This document shows, piece after piece, positions 39,224 to 49,048 of a DNA stretch of 64,000 bases. The DNA is from a virus. Lineage: Duplodnaviria; Caudoviricetes. The number at the start of each line of letters is the position of its first letter. The stretch's first letter is position 1. Position numbers and translations under genes: made by a program. The DNA is taken from IMG/VR virus record IMGVR_UViG_3300028886_000036, positions 96,001-160,000 of that record; one strand, given 5' to 3'. The notes under the pieces were generated by a model. It worked only from the letters and a program-made list of their open reading frames with translations, did not search any database and was not told where the DNA came from.

Positions 39224-40060
39224 TTATTGTTGTATTAACTTGTCATATCTGTCATAAGCTTTTTTCTTCTCAAGTTCAGAAGCATTATCACAGATATCTG
39301 AAACTATATCGTGTATCTGTTCTTCAATATTATTAAACTCATCAACTTTAACTATTATACTATTGTCATATTCATCACAGTAGTTTTTCTCTGGAACTGC
39401 TTCCATAAAAGATTTGATTAAATCCTTTTTACTTCTAACTGTGCATATGATATCTTTACCAGTATAGTTCAATTGGTATGTGATTATAAACTTCAACCCA
39501 GATTCAGCATAGTTATCAATAATCATTTCTTCAATGTATCTAGATAACCTGAAGTTTGATCTACAGATTGCTATATCATTCTTATAGTAACAAAATTTAT
39601 TTACATAATCTGTAGCTAGCTTTTGATGTTCAACCACATACAATCTACCTAGATCTTGTTCAGCTTTAGTTAAAGTTAACGAATCTGTACTGATAAACTT
39701 ATTTACAAACTGCTCATGCCCGACTGCTTCATAGTAATTATATACTACTTCTAGATCTACATTATGGGATAAGAGAGAGTTTGCTATAGCAGCGTACTTA
39801 AACAAAGTTCTATCTACATTTAAAAGCTTACCAAGATTAGCTGTAGCACTAACTTCTTTTTCTCTATCAATAATGTAAGCATCAGTTAAATAGCTAAGAT
39901 CAATTCCAAATCCAAGAATATGAGTTGGGTTATATAGTTGAATAGCTTCTTCAATTCTTTTTTTACTGCAAGTAAAGAAGCTTCTTTCTTTAGTATGATG
40001 AAAATATAGGATTTGGGATAGAGCAGAGTCTATCCCATAGCTACTTATTAGAAAGGACAT
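39224..40060 (-). CDS. Hypothetical protein, possibly a degenerate DHH-family phosphoesterase
   Basis: YGIDSALS near the N-terminus and TVRS late in the protein; canonical DHH motif absent. Confidence 0.35.
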   Translation of the reverse strand: MSFLISSYGIDSALSQILYFHHTKERSFFTCSKKRIEEAIQLYNPTHILGFGIDLSYLTDAYIIDREKEVSATANLGKLLNVDRTLFKYAAIANSLLSHNVDLEVVYNYYEAVGHEQFVNKFISTDSLTLTKAEQDLGRLYVVEHQKLATDYVNKFCYYKNDIAICRSNFRLSRYIEEMIIDNYAESGLKFIITYQLNYTGKDIICTVRSKKDLIKSFMEAVPEKNYCDEYDNSIIVKVDEFNNIEEQIHDIVSDICDNASELEKKKAYDRYDKLIQQ

Positions 40061-40784
40061 TACAGTAATGCCAAATGGTACTCTGAATCTTTTCCGCCAT
40101 TTGTCTTACAGTCATTCCGGTAGTGTTAATAGTAACAGTATAATCACTATTGGAGTATTCTTCTGTAAAGATCTTGTTAGTGTATGCTCGATTAAGTTTC
40201 TCCTGAAGTCTTCTAGCTACATCAATAGGATCATTATTAATAACTTCACGGCTATTCATTCTATCCTTAATTGTATTAGAATCAGCTACAAACACTATTG
40301 TGAGCTTGGCTTTAGGAATCATATAGTTGGTCATACCAACACTATACCAAAGATCCTTAAGCATTTCTCTACACACTGGATCTGAATCATCCGAGTAAAT
40401 ATTATCGTAGTCTTCAATGAGCAATTCTGCACAGCATTTGGAGTAAACTGCTTGAGAAAGACTATACCTATCAAACAAATAGATATCTCCTTTCTTTGCA
40501 TAATTCTCAAGCTCTTTAGAACACAGCAATTTATCTGTAGTATGTACAAAATCAAATCGCTTAAGTGCATCTGCTCTTTCTACAAAACTCTTTGAATTAA
40601 AGAATGTTTCAATACAAAGTTTTGCAGTATTCTTAAGATATTCCGCATCATTAAAGAATGAAGTCTTTGGATAATTATATGCTGGAAACTTCATTCCATA
40701 TTGATAGACATGCATAAACTGGTTAATCTCGTTAATAGCGCTGGTCTTGCCGATACCATCTTGTCCTTCAATAGCTACAATCAT
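40041..40784 (-). CDS. tmk: Thymidylate (dNMP) kinase
   Basis: IEGQDGIGKTS P-loop, FP, DRYSLS-x-x-VY. Confidence 0.85.
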   Translation of the reverse strand: MIVAIEGQDGIGKTSAINEINQFMHVYQYGMKFPAYNYPKTSFFNDAEYLKNTAKLCIETFFNSKSFVERADALKRFDFVHTTDKLLCSKELENYAKKGDIYLFDRYSLSQAVYSKCCAELLIEDYDNIYSDDSDPVCREMLKDLWYSVGMTNYMIPKAKLTIVFVADSNTIKDRMNSREVINNDPIDVARRLQEKLNRAYTNKIFTEEYSNSDYTVTINTTGMTVRQMAEKIQSTIWHYCNVLSNK

Positions 40785-40786
40785 AG

Positions 40787-41281
40787 TTAATAGTCTCCTT
40801 TCACAGGGTCTTCTTCAGCATACTTGAGTACAACTTCAATACCGCTATGCTTCTCAAGAGAATACTTACTGATACATCCAAGATAGTGATAATGTTCATC
40901 ATTATCTTTAGTGCTAAACCATACATGAATCTGTCTATAGTCTTCATCGAATTTACACAACACTTTACCTACAAACTTATCCTCTCTATGCAACTTATCT
41001 CCAACCTGGACTACTGTAAAGTCTTTACACCTAATGAGAGGAACATTCTCACTAACTTTAGTTACAACATTATTTTCATCCATTTCAAATTTATCCTCAT
41101 TAGGAAATTGCTTATAAAACCAGTCAACTTTATCATTATAGTCATATGCTTTAGTAGAGATGTTATGACCATATGCTGCGGTCCAGGTACTGTTATCTAA
41201 AAATTCCTTATCAAAACAGAGAAAACCGTTATTATCATCAGTTACAATAGCAAGGAGCCTAGAAACATATTCCTTATTCAT
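40787..41281 (-). CDS. Hypothetical protein
   Basis: ATG 41281 after AGGAGGAG RBS. Confidence 0.7.
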   Translation of the reverse strand: MNKEYVSRLLAIVTDDNNGFLCFDKEFLDNSTWTAAYGHNISTKAYDYNDKVDWFYKQFPNEDKFEMDENNVVTKVSENVPLIRCKDFTVVQVGDKLHREDKFVGKVLCKFDEDYRQIHVWFSTKDNDEHYHYLGCISKYSLEKHSGIEVVLKYAEEDPVKGDY

Positions 41282-41643
41282 TAGTGTCTCCTCCTTCTTG
41301 GCAATGTGCCATTTGAAGATGTACAAATATAACCATTATCGTAACTGTTTGGAACAGTAGCATTTGTAAAATCCCAACTTGTATCCCAATTATTTTTTAT
41401 GATATATTCCATAACATCTATATGCTTTAAATTCTGATGAGCATATATAGGGTCATAAGGGGTCTTTAAATGATTAATATACATTGAGTTTACTTTATCT
41501 ATAAACTCATTTTTTAGCCATTCTTTAGCTAGATAAAAAGAGTTATCGTTAAATGCTGAAGATACATGAGTCTGCGAAGTATAATACGTATTATTATTAG
41601 ATGGAAGTATACTATTAGCTATATCTTTATAATCGATGTCCAA
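41281..41643 (-). CDS. Hypothetical protein, paralog of 41673
   Basis: YIIK-x-N...WD...Y-x-CTS-x-NG-x2-P-x-RRR. Confidence 0.65.
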   Translation of the reverse strand: MDIDYKDIANSILPSNNNTYYTSQTHVSSAFNDNSFYLAKEWLKNEFIDKVNSMYINHLKTPYDPIYAHQNLKHIDVMEYIIKNNWDTSWDFTNATVPNSYDNGYICTSSNGTLPRRRRH

Positions 41644-41672
41644 CTAAACCACCCTCACGAGATCCTTATTCA

Positions 41673-41870
41673 TTAGCATCTCCTCCTTACAGGTTGAACT
41701 CCATTAGCCGATGTGCATACATACCAGGAGTCAGCACAATAACCAGTACTAGCTGTCTGAATATCCCAAATAAGATTAAAGTTGCTTTTAATAATATATT
41801 TTACAACTGAAGAGCACTTTATATCGCTCGGAGGATATCTAGGTATACAAATATCAGATTTAATATACAT
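41673..41870 (-). CDS. Truncated paralog of 41281 (possibly frameshifted)
   Basis: Matches only the C-terminal half of the neighbour. Confidence 0.5.
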   Translation of the reverse strand: MYIKSDICIPRYPPSDIKCSSVVKYIIKSNFNLIWDIQTASTGYCADSWYVCTSANGVQPVRRRC

Positions 41871-41974
41871 ATTATTAAAGATTATTTTGATCTAAATAGT
41901 AATAATCATACACGCTAATACCATCTTGAGTCTCAGAGTTCATTATACTCTTATACTCAGTAGTATCTACATCA

Positions 41975-42754
41975 CTAACTTTTTTGTGGATCCTCCTTAG
42001 AGGCTTCTTTGTATTCTGCTCCATTTTCACTAACAGGCTCCTCCTTATTAAGTTCTTCAGAAACGCCAGTCGAACCAAAACCGCCTTCGCCTCTGTCTGT
42101 TTCTTCCTTGTCAACATCACCTTCAAGAATTCTAGCAGAAACAAATGGGGCAAAAACTAACTGAGCAATTCTATCGCCTTTTCTAATTTCAAAATCTTTA
42201 TCACTAAAATTAGCCAAGATAACACCAATTTCACCACGATATCCACTATCAATAGTTCCTGGAGTATTAAGTACAGTAATTCCGTGCTTAAGAGCTAATC
42301 CAGATCTAGGTCTAACTTGAATCTCAAAACCTTCTGGGATTCTAACTCTCAAACCTGTATGAACAAGCTTATGACCTCTAGCTGGAATTGTAATTTTCTC
42401 AATAGATCTAATATCCATTCCAGCATCGCCTGGATGTGCATACTCTGGAAGATCTGCAGTAGGATCGATCTTTTGAAAAACTAATTTAGGCGTACTAAGA
42501 ATACTATCTCCATCTCCACCACCAAACATCTTGAAAAGATTCTGAAGTTCATCTAATCCAGCCATATCCTCTGGATTAAACTCCTCATCTCCAATAGTAC
42601 CATCTTCATTAGTGAAAATATCTTCAAGTTCTTCTTCATTAGGTTTTGGAACACTATCAAACACCTTTTTAAGCTCTGGGTTATTTTCTATTGTTTCATC
42701 CAACTTACTACCCATTGTCTCAATATTAGAATTGTTTTCGTTAACTTCACTCAT
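41975..42754 (-). CDS. dut: Trimeric dUTPase with acidic N-terminal extension
   Basis: AGMD, RPRSGLA, GTIDSGYRGE, RIAQL and RGEGGFGSTG motifs. Confidence 0.95.
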   Translation of the reverse strand: MSEVNENNSNIETMGSKLDETIENNPELKKVFDSVPKPNEEELEDIFTNEDGTIGDEEFNPEDMAGLDELQNLFKMFGGGDGDSILSTPKLVFQKIDPTADLPEYAHPGDAGMDIRSIEKITIPARGHKLVHTGLRVRIPEGFEIQVRPRSGLALKHGITVLNTPGTIDSGYRGEIGVILANFSDKDFEIRKGDRIAQLVFAPFVSARILEGDVDKEETDRGEGGFGSTGVSEELNKEEPVSENGAEYKEASKEDPQKS

Positions 42755-42865
42755 AACTAAACTCCTCCTAAAATTTTAAAGATTAAGGAACAAATTAAAA
42801 ACTATTAAACATCACATTAATATGCGATATTTACTCCATTTACCCTTGCGGGAAGGAGCAATTCC

Positions 42866-42902
42866 AATGATGTTATTATACATCATTATTCTTAAATGTC
42901 AA
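42866..42902 (-). promoter_or_regulatory. Consensus SigA-type promoter with an 8-bp palindrome over the -10
   Basis: TTGACA-16 nt-TATAAT; AATGATGT-tattat-ACATCATT at 42866-42887. Confidence 0.7.
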
Positions 42903-42932
42903 TAGTTTAAGTTCAATAGTCTATCACAATAT

Positions 42933-43080
42933 TTAATTACAGTATTAATTACAATAATAACTACAATAAGACAGACTGACAGACTTAACTGACAGAACTG
43001 TTTGGTACTTAATTACAATAAGTGTTACTTAATTACAATAGTTTGGTTCTATTTAGGTACTGAAAAGGAGAATTACAATA
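42933..43080. repeat. Iteron-like direct repeat array
   Basis: AATTACAATA at 42947, 43011, 43031 and 43071 plus near-matches; ACTGACAGA twice. Confidence 0.75.
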
Positions 43081-43098
43081 TTAGTATATATTTACAAA

Positions 43099-43133
43099 AA
43101 TTGAGATGGACTAATATCTAGCCCATCTCAATT
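43099..43133 (-). terminator. Intrinsic terminator
   Basis: AATTGAGATGGACTA...TAGCCCATCTCAATT with T tract on the minus strand. Confidence 0.75.
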
Positions 43134-43138
43134 AAGCT

Positions 43139-43528
43139 TTACCAGCGTTTATATCTCCAATTACATCCAACATACTTATTAATACAGTTTCTCAGTTTAG
43201 AGATAAACGCAAAATATGAGCATTCATGATATCTACCTTCATCACATACGACTAATTCACAATCTCTACAGCTAGTCATTATACACTTATTTCTTAAATT
43301 TCTAAATAAGGGGTACACTATTGCAATCTTGTTATACATAAACGAATTTAAACTTGATAACCAAGTTGGTTTTACTATGATCTTACATCTATAGTATGGA
43401 TCTTTAAGTGGGCATTTAGGAGTACATCTAGATTGCCCCAAACAAATATTTTGAATAAATATTGTAAATGCTATCAAATCAGGTTGTCTAGGTTTGTTTG
43501 GTTTATTGGATTGAATCATTTTCTTCAC
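43139..43528 (-). CDS. Small Cys-rich paralog
   Basis: NIC-x5-C-x3-C and C-x4-CRDC. Confidence 0.7.
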   Translation of the reverse strand: MKKMIQSNKPNKPRQPDLIAFTIFIQNICLGQSRCTPKCPLKDPYYRCKIIVKPTWLSSLNSFMYNKIAIVYPLFRNLRNKCIMTSCRDCELVVCDEGRYHECSYFAFISKLRNCINKYVGCNWRYKRW

Positions 43529-43907
43529 CCTTTTTTAACTTGATAAATTCCTCTTCAATTGCTTCTAGTTCTGGAGTTGACATTCGATATCTGTAAATAG
43601 TTCTTACTATGCCAAACTCAGATTGTGGTATTAAGAAGTCTTTCTTATTATCAGTGCCTTTAAACCAGTATATTAGGCCGTGCTCTTTGTCAAATGTTTT
43701 CCCAAGATAATGAGTAGCTTTGTACTCATCTGTTAGGCATTTAGTTATAGACATCGAAGCTTCAAACCTATCCAACTTCTTGTTTACACGTTGCCTATAT
43801 CTTCTAATACTATGATTAGTGATATAGAAGTTATCTGAAATTTTTTCTTTAACACGATCTCTTTCATATAGAATTTTACTTACTTCAGCATCCTGCTTCT
43901 CCTTCAT
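43503..43907 (-). CDS. Hypothetical protein with T-x-H-x-x-x-R-Y-x-x-R motif (RelE/DUF4258-like)
   Basis: ITNHSIRRYRQRV...VRTIY; ATG 43907 after GGAGG. Confidence 0.5.
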   Translation of the reverse strand: MKEKQDAEVSKILYERDRVKEKISDNFYITNHSIRRYRQRVNKKLDRFEASMSITKCLTDEYKATHYLGKTFDKEHGLIYWFKGTDNKKDFLIPQSEFGIVRTIYRYRMSTPELEAIEEEFIKLKKGEENDSIQ

Positions 43908-44172
43908 ATTTCCTCCGACTATTATATTTCTCCCACATAGTTGCAAATATACAGTCTTCTGTATTACTAAGTAACTCGCAATCTGAACACGTAAGTAACG
44001 TATCACATATATCCACAATCGGACTATCTACTTTTTTATAGAGTCTACATGGTATTACAAAGTCATACTCTCTACAATATAAATCACATTTATCACAAGA
44101 TCTTTTAGTTAAGCACAAGTTTAACATCTGGATTATTAACAAGTTTGCTAAAGATTTCTTGGTATCCTGCAT
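43885..44172 (-). CDS. Small Cys-rich paralog
   Basis: NLC-x5-CDKC and C-x5-CSDC. Confidence 0.7.
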   Translation of the reverse strand: MQDTKKSLANLLIIQMLNLCLTKRSCDKCDLYCREYDFVIPCRLYKKVDSPIVDICDTLLTCSDCELLSNTEDCIFATMWEKYNSRRKYEGEAGC

Positions 44173-44435
44173 ATTATTTTACAGAAATAACATAAACCTC
44201 CTTTAGAAAATTTATCAAGTATACAATCTCTACAATCTGTAAAACTACAAAGTTTTATTACGGGATTATCTTCGAGTATAGTGCCTTCTAAATCTACGGG
44301 AGCTATAGAATCTCCATATTCAAATATGCACTCGTTCCTAAACTTACAAGTTCCACAATACTCGTAAGAATAACAAGTATTTGTAGCTTGAATATACAAC
44401 AAATTACAGCTAGCATTAAGTTCGTTAACTGTCAT
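44148..44435 (-). CDS. Small Cys-rich paralog
   Basis: NTC-x5-CGTC and C-x4-CRDC. Confidence 0.7.
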   Translation of the reverse strand: MTVNELNASCNLLYIQATNTCYSYEYCGTCKFRNECIFEYGDSIAPVDLEGTILEDNPVIKLCSFTDCRDCILDKFSKGGLCYFCKIICRIPRNL

Positions 44436-46402
44436 TTGTTTAAATTGATAACCACACTATTACTGCCAATTATATTATCATCATGAGTGCTTACAAAACA
44501 CTGTGACGCTGCACCCATATGTGAAAGTAACTTCGCAATATCATTCTTACGATCATCATCTAAGAATGTAGTTGGCTCATCGACTAGCATAATAGGAACA
44601 CACTCCCCCATAATTTTTAATAATGCTAATCTAAGAGACAATCCAACTGCTACCATTTGGGCTCCTGATAACTGCTCAAATCTCTTATCTCCAACAGTTA
44701 TTAGAACTTTAGACCAATCTATCTTAATCTCACCCAAACCAGAGAAACTAAACAGATCATAAAACTCTTTATTTAATACAGCTACTACTGGATTAAACAA
44801 AGTTTGTCTAAGTCTATTTGGCACCTCAGAAAATATGTCTTTCCAATGCTGTATAGCTTTTATCTTATCATAAATCTCATTCTGCTTAACCATAAGATTA
44901 TCGATAGTAGATTTGGATTGATTATACATATCGAGATGCTTCTTACACAAATCAACCATACTAATCAAATGATCAAGATTTCTCAAGTTGGAGATTTCTT
45001 CCAAGCTAGGGACACCAGAAAGCTCATTAGACAATCTTTTAAACTCAGAATAGTTTGGCATCATAGACTTTTTAATATTTTCAAAGATAGATATCTGTGA
45101 TTCATAATAACTCCAAGCTTTTTGGACCCTATCAAATTCTTCATTGGTTACTTCAGATGGAGAATCCTTACAAAGTGCTTTAAGGCTATCAATTTTAGAA
45201 TCTATTTCAGATAATTTATTTTCAATAGCTTCCTTAGCTGATAGACCAGTTGCTCTAACATACATAACAACTTCTTTATAAGGATTCAATTCTTTAACTA
45301 GATAAGCTACTCTTTGCTTTAACTTTAACAATTCATTAGCATCAATATCGTCAAGTTTATGATACTCTTTCATTAACTGAATTGCTTCTTCATTATCTGA
45401 TATTTTATCTTCATTAGTGATGTAGTAGAAGATGGAATCCTTTATATCTTTGATGTGTTTTAACTCTTCTTCAGTATGACCTACTCTCGGAAGTTTTATG
45501 TTAATGTATTCATCAATTAGATCAGTCACATTGCATGACTTGAATCTTTCAGCTTCTTCAGATAATGAGTTAATTTCAGTAAGATTCCTTTGGTATGCTT
45601 CGTACTGAACTTGCTGTGCTCGTAAATCGGCTATAGTTTTTTCCGGCTTAACAAGAGTATCAACTAAAGCTTTAGCCTCATCATATCTTTTTTTCTGATC
45701 ACGCAATATAGCTTTTAATGAGGCAAGTTTATTATGCATTTCTTCAAATCTATTTAAAGAACTATTACTAAGATGAGGAAGATCGTTAAGTTTATTAAGT
45801 TTAGAAGAGTAGTCACTGTATTCAGATATTAACTCATCATACTTAATAGAATTCATAAGATCTCTATTGTGCATAATATCATTATCAATATCTGATAATT
45901 CAGACTCATATTGTTTAACCATTCTAGTAAGTTCAGTATTACCATCACTTATTCTCTTTGAATCTATTATCAAAGAAATAAGTTTATCTACTACAGCCTT
46001 ACCATTGCCAGAGAGGAAGATATCAGCAATTTCTCCCTGTCTGACATAAGACAAATTGTATAAGAGGGCTGGATCAAAGGAAAGATGATCATATACATCT
46101 TTTACTTTTTTAAATACAGATCCATTAGGCAGTTTTAATTTTGCACCCTTGCATGTGCGCCCAATTTTAGTCCCGTCATCCAACTCTAACACAATTAAAA
46201 AATCTTTATCGGCTGGGCCTATGTATGCATCATTAGTAATACCTTTAGCCACCTTACCAGTTAACGCTAGAGATATGGCTTGCAGAATGGTAGTTTTTCC
46301 ACTACCATTCTGCCCAAGTATAAAGACATTCTTATTATTACTGCAATCAATGTTTAAATCTTGGATTTTTCCAAAGTTATGTATTTGTATTGTTTTGATC
46401 AC
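44432..46402 (-). CDS. sbcC: SbcC/Rad50-like SMC ATPase (T4 gp46-like)
   Basis: GQNGSGKTT, coiled coil, LSGAQ signature, LVDEPT, STH. Confidence 0.92.
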   Translation of the reverse strand: MIKTIQIHNFGKIQDLNIDCSNNKNVFILGQNGSGKTTILQAISLALTGKVAKGITNDAYIGPADKDFLIVLELDDGTKIGRTCKGAKLKLPNGSVFKKVKDVYDHLSFDPALLYNLSYVRQGEIADIFLSGNGKAVVDKLISLIIDSKRISDGNTELTRMVKQYESELSDIDNDIMHNRDLMNSIKYDELISEYSDYSSKLNKLNDLPHLSNSSLNRFEEMHNKLASLKAILRDQKKRYDEAKALVDTLVKPEKTIADLRAQQVQYEAYQRNLTEINSLSEEAERFKSCNVTDLIDEYINIKLPRVGHTEEELKHIKDIKDSIFYYITNEDKISDNEEAIQLMKEYHKLDDIDANELLKLKQRVAYLVKELNPYKEVVMYVRATGLSAKEAIENKLSEIDSKIDSLKALCKDSPSEVTNEEFDRVQKAWSYYESQISIFENIKKSMMPNYSEFKRLSNELSGVPSLEEISNLRNLDHLISMVDLCKKHLDMYNQSKSTIDNLMVKQNEIYDKIKAIQHWKDIFSEVPNRLRQTLFNPVVAVLNKEFYDLFSFSGLGEIKIDWSKVLITVGDKRFEQLSGAQMVAVGLSLRLALLKIMGECVPIMLVDEPTTFLDDDRKNDIAKLLSHMGAASQCFVSTHDDNIIGSNSVVINLNK

Positions 46403-47033
46403 GGTTTCCTGAACATCTCCTTAAATAAGCTTTGTGCATTAATTCTTCTATCTTTAATTTAGTTCTTACTTCTTTTCTCCACTCTGGGCACGAATAATTT
46501 CTCGATGCGATCTTATCCTCAACCATGCTAAATACATTAGTACTAGTAGACTCATGTGTTACTAGCCTAATATAAACTGATGATCTGCCAATTGAGTGCT
46601 CTTCGCAATATTTAAAATACTGCTCAAACTTTGGTATATCCGAATATGTATCAATTCTCCCAAAGGTATAATGGTAATAATACCCACCAGTACTTATATT
46701 AGCAATAGCACGGTTTTTAAACATAGTATATAAACGCTTTATCGACGGGTACGACACTAATTCAAGATATAGATATTTATTTGTTAGAAAGTAATCTAGT
46801 CCTTTTGTTATAAAATCAGATTCTGTATGGGGTGGCTTTACAACAGAACCTGTTCTAAAGTACCATCCATATTTTATAGTTTCCTCGCCATTCTCAACAA
46901 TAATTTTATTATAGTATCTTTTTAGAGTTTTTTCAATGTAGTCATTTACAACATTGATATCCTCTGTAACAAATTTATAATCAGTTGAATCTCCACCGAT
47001 GTTAGTTATAACTTCATACGCTGGCATCATCAT
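46377..47033 (-). CDS. Hypothetical protein
   Basis: GAGGAG RBS before ATGATGATG. Confidence 0.7.
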   Translation of the reverse strand: MMMPAYEVITNIGGDSTDYKFVTEDINVVNDYIEKTLKRYYNKIIVENGEETIKYGWYFRTGSVVKPPHTESDFITKGLDYFLTNKYLYLELVSYPSIKRLYTMFKNRAIANISTGGYYYHYTFGRIDTYSDIPKFEQYFKYCEEHSIGRSSVYIRLVTHESTSTNVFSMVEDKIASRNYSCPEWRKEVRTKLKIEELMHKAYLRRCSGNRDQNNTNT

Positions 47034-47109
47034 TCTCCTCGTTGATAAGCTTATCAATATCTTCTTTATTTACTGGTTCACTATCAAGTTTTAATATGAG
47101 TTATGTATC

Positions 47110-47463
47110 TTAACTGTTTTTATCACACATACCATTCTCCTTTTTTACATTTTTAATGAAAGCCTCAAGATCTTCTTTAGAATAGATCTTACCATCAATT
47201 CTAAGATTATATGATCCAAGATCCATATCGCTAAGAACTTTTTCTAGTACTCTCAAACGCTCTTCTAATGTAGCTTCTTCTGGGAAAGTGTAACGAATAG
47301 TATTACTAAAGAAATTACTATATCCTTTATAATACTCGTTATTATCCTCGTCGCTAGATTCATAAAAATACTTACTAGCTACACAACTATTTATACACAT
47401 GCAAATTGCAATTACACTAATTGTAGCAGCTAGGCAAATGCTAATGATTGCATCAGTTGACAT
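47110..47463 (-). CDS. Membrane-anchored hypothetical protein
   Basis: N-terminal hydrophobic segment. Confidence 0.65.
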   Translation of the reverse strand: MSTDAIISICLAATISVIAICMCINSCVASKYFYESSDEDNNEYYKGYSNFFSNTIRYTFPEEATLEERLRVLEKVLSDMDLGSYNLRIDGKIYSKEDLEAFIKNVKKENGMCDKNS

Positions 47464-48632
47464 TAAAAGTCATCCTCCTTATCAATAAGACCTTCCATCT
47501 CTGCATTCAAATCAACTTCGCTGATCTGGTTTGTCCTATCAACAACAGGAATCTTAATACCACTAATCACATCAAGAACTTCAATTTCACCTTTTGCAAA
47601 CATCTTCAATTTCATCCTTTCATCATCTGATAATTCTGGGAACATTAACCCAAATATCTTATCTTGGTTAACACTCTTAATTTCGACGCTATCCAAATCC
47701 AATTCTTCAGAAGTACCCTCAGTTAAGTTAACTGGTTTATACTTTAAGAAGACATTGGGTTTGGTTATGGCGACTGCTTCGCTAGATACTATGAGATACA
47801 TTTTATCATCATCGATAGCTTCCTCCTCACTGTCTATTAAAATTGGTTTCATTTCTGGGTAAGTATGTCTATTAATACTACCAGTTTCTGGGTTTACTTC
47901 AACGTATGACGGGATACAGTTTTTACTGTATAACTCATCCACATTGAACATATAACTTGACCCAGTAGTATGAAACCTGCCACGATCATAGCAAATGTGA
48001 CAATCTCCAGCGATAATAACATCATATGGATCAAATACATGCGCATCCTCCTCTACTATTCCTGCGAACTTATTTTGGTCTATAGTAGTAAAATGACTAA
48101 CTAAAATTTTATTTCCTTTGAAGTTATCATTTTCAACTAATTCTTTTACTTCCAATAGATCAGCTAATAACATCCCAGAGTAAGGAATTAAGTAAAGTCT
48201 TGTATTAGCTTCAGTATAACTATTATAGCTAATGAAGAAATCCCTTCGTAACTCTTCAATAATAGTGTAGCTTTCAGCTGCATAAAGACTTTTCTCATAT
48301 TCTTCCTTGAAAATACTCGCTGGACAAACTCCGTCGATGCTAATCCTGTCATGATTTCCAGGAATAAGTATAAAACGAATTTCATTAGGATTGTTAATCC
48401 TAATGCTATTAAGAGTATCCTTAACCCATAAGAGATCATTTGGCCTAGGATTGTCGCTATCCCAAAGATCTCCAGCAAACACGTATGTGATAGCATCATG
48501 ATCACCAAACCTCTCTCTATGAGTTTTAGCTATATCCTTAACAATGTATGCCCAAGAGTCTCTAATCTTTTGGGCATACATTTTATTCCTACGATTAGCT
48601 CCAATATGACAATCTCCCATAATATAAATCAT
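47463..48632 (-). CDS. sbcD: SbcD/Mre11-like metallophosphoesterase nuclease (T4 gp47-like)
   Basis: GDCHIG, AGDLWD, PGNHD, SH, GDCH. Confidence 0.92.
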   Translation of the reverse strand: MIYIMGDCHIGANRRNKMYAQKIRDSWAYIVKDIAKTHRERFGDHDAITYVFAGDLWDSDNPRPNDLLWVKDTLNSIRINNPNEIRFILIPGNHDRISIDGVCPASIFKEEYEKSLYAAESYTIIEELRRDFFISYNSYTEANTRLYLIPYSGMLLADLLEVKELVENDNFKGNKILVSHFTTIDQNKFAGIVEEDAHVFDPYDVIIAGDCHICYDRGRFHTTGSSYMFNVDELYSKNCIPSYVEVNPETGSINRHTYPEMKPILIDSEEEAIDDDKMYLIVSSEAVAITKPNVFLKYKPVNLTEGTSEELDLDSVEIKSVNQDKIFGLMFPELSDDERMKLKMFAKGEIEVLDVISGIKIPVVDRTNQISEVDLNAEMEGLIDKEDDF

Positions 48633-48685
48633 GTTCTAATAGCCTCCTTATGTTTTTATTATAGATTATATCATAGTTACTCATA

Positions 48686-49048
48686 TTAGTCTAGCCCTTC
48701 TTGGTTACACAATTTTAAAAAAAGATTACGTTCTTTCCAGAAGGTTACATTACATTTGTTTAGCTTATGGTTATAGAGTGGACAGGTTTGACAGTCATCT
48801 TTGAACTGATTATGAATTACACCTGCTTCTCTAACTGCATCAGCTTTTTTATCAAGAAGTGGTTTCTCATCAAATGAAATATTTTTAACCCAATCGTCCA
48901 TACTATAAACGAGTGCTGCACACTCGAAAGTGTGCAGCACTTTGATATTGAGCTTACATCCTTGGCATTTACCCGCACAAGGATAACTCAAAATGTCCTT
49001 TATATCTTTAGTTCTCATCGTCGGATACATCAGGATTTTCAAGTTCAA
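48686..49048 (-). CDS. Small Cys-rich paralog
   Basis: C-x3-CQGC...C and CQTCPL...C. Confidence 0.6.
   Translation of the reverse strand: MNLKILMYPTMRTKDIKDILSYPCAGKCQGCKLNIKVLHTFECAALVYSMDDWVKNISFDEKPLLDKKADAVREAGVIHNQFKDDCQTCPLYNHKLNKCNVTFWKERNLFLKLCNQEGLD

Noticed and set aside
42933-43080. CRISPR array
   Set aside because: Repeats are only 10-15 bp with irregular short spacers; no cas genes.
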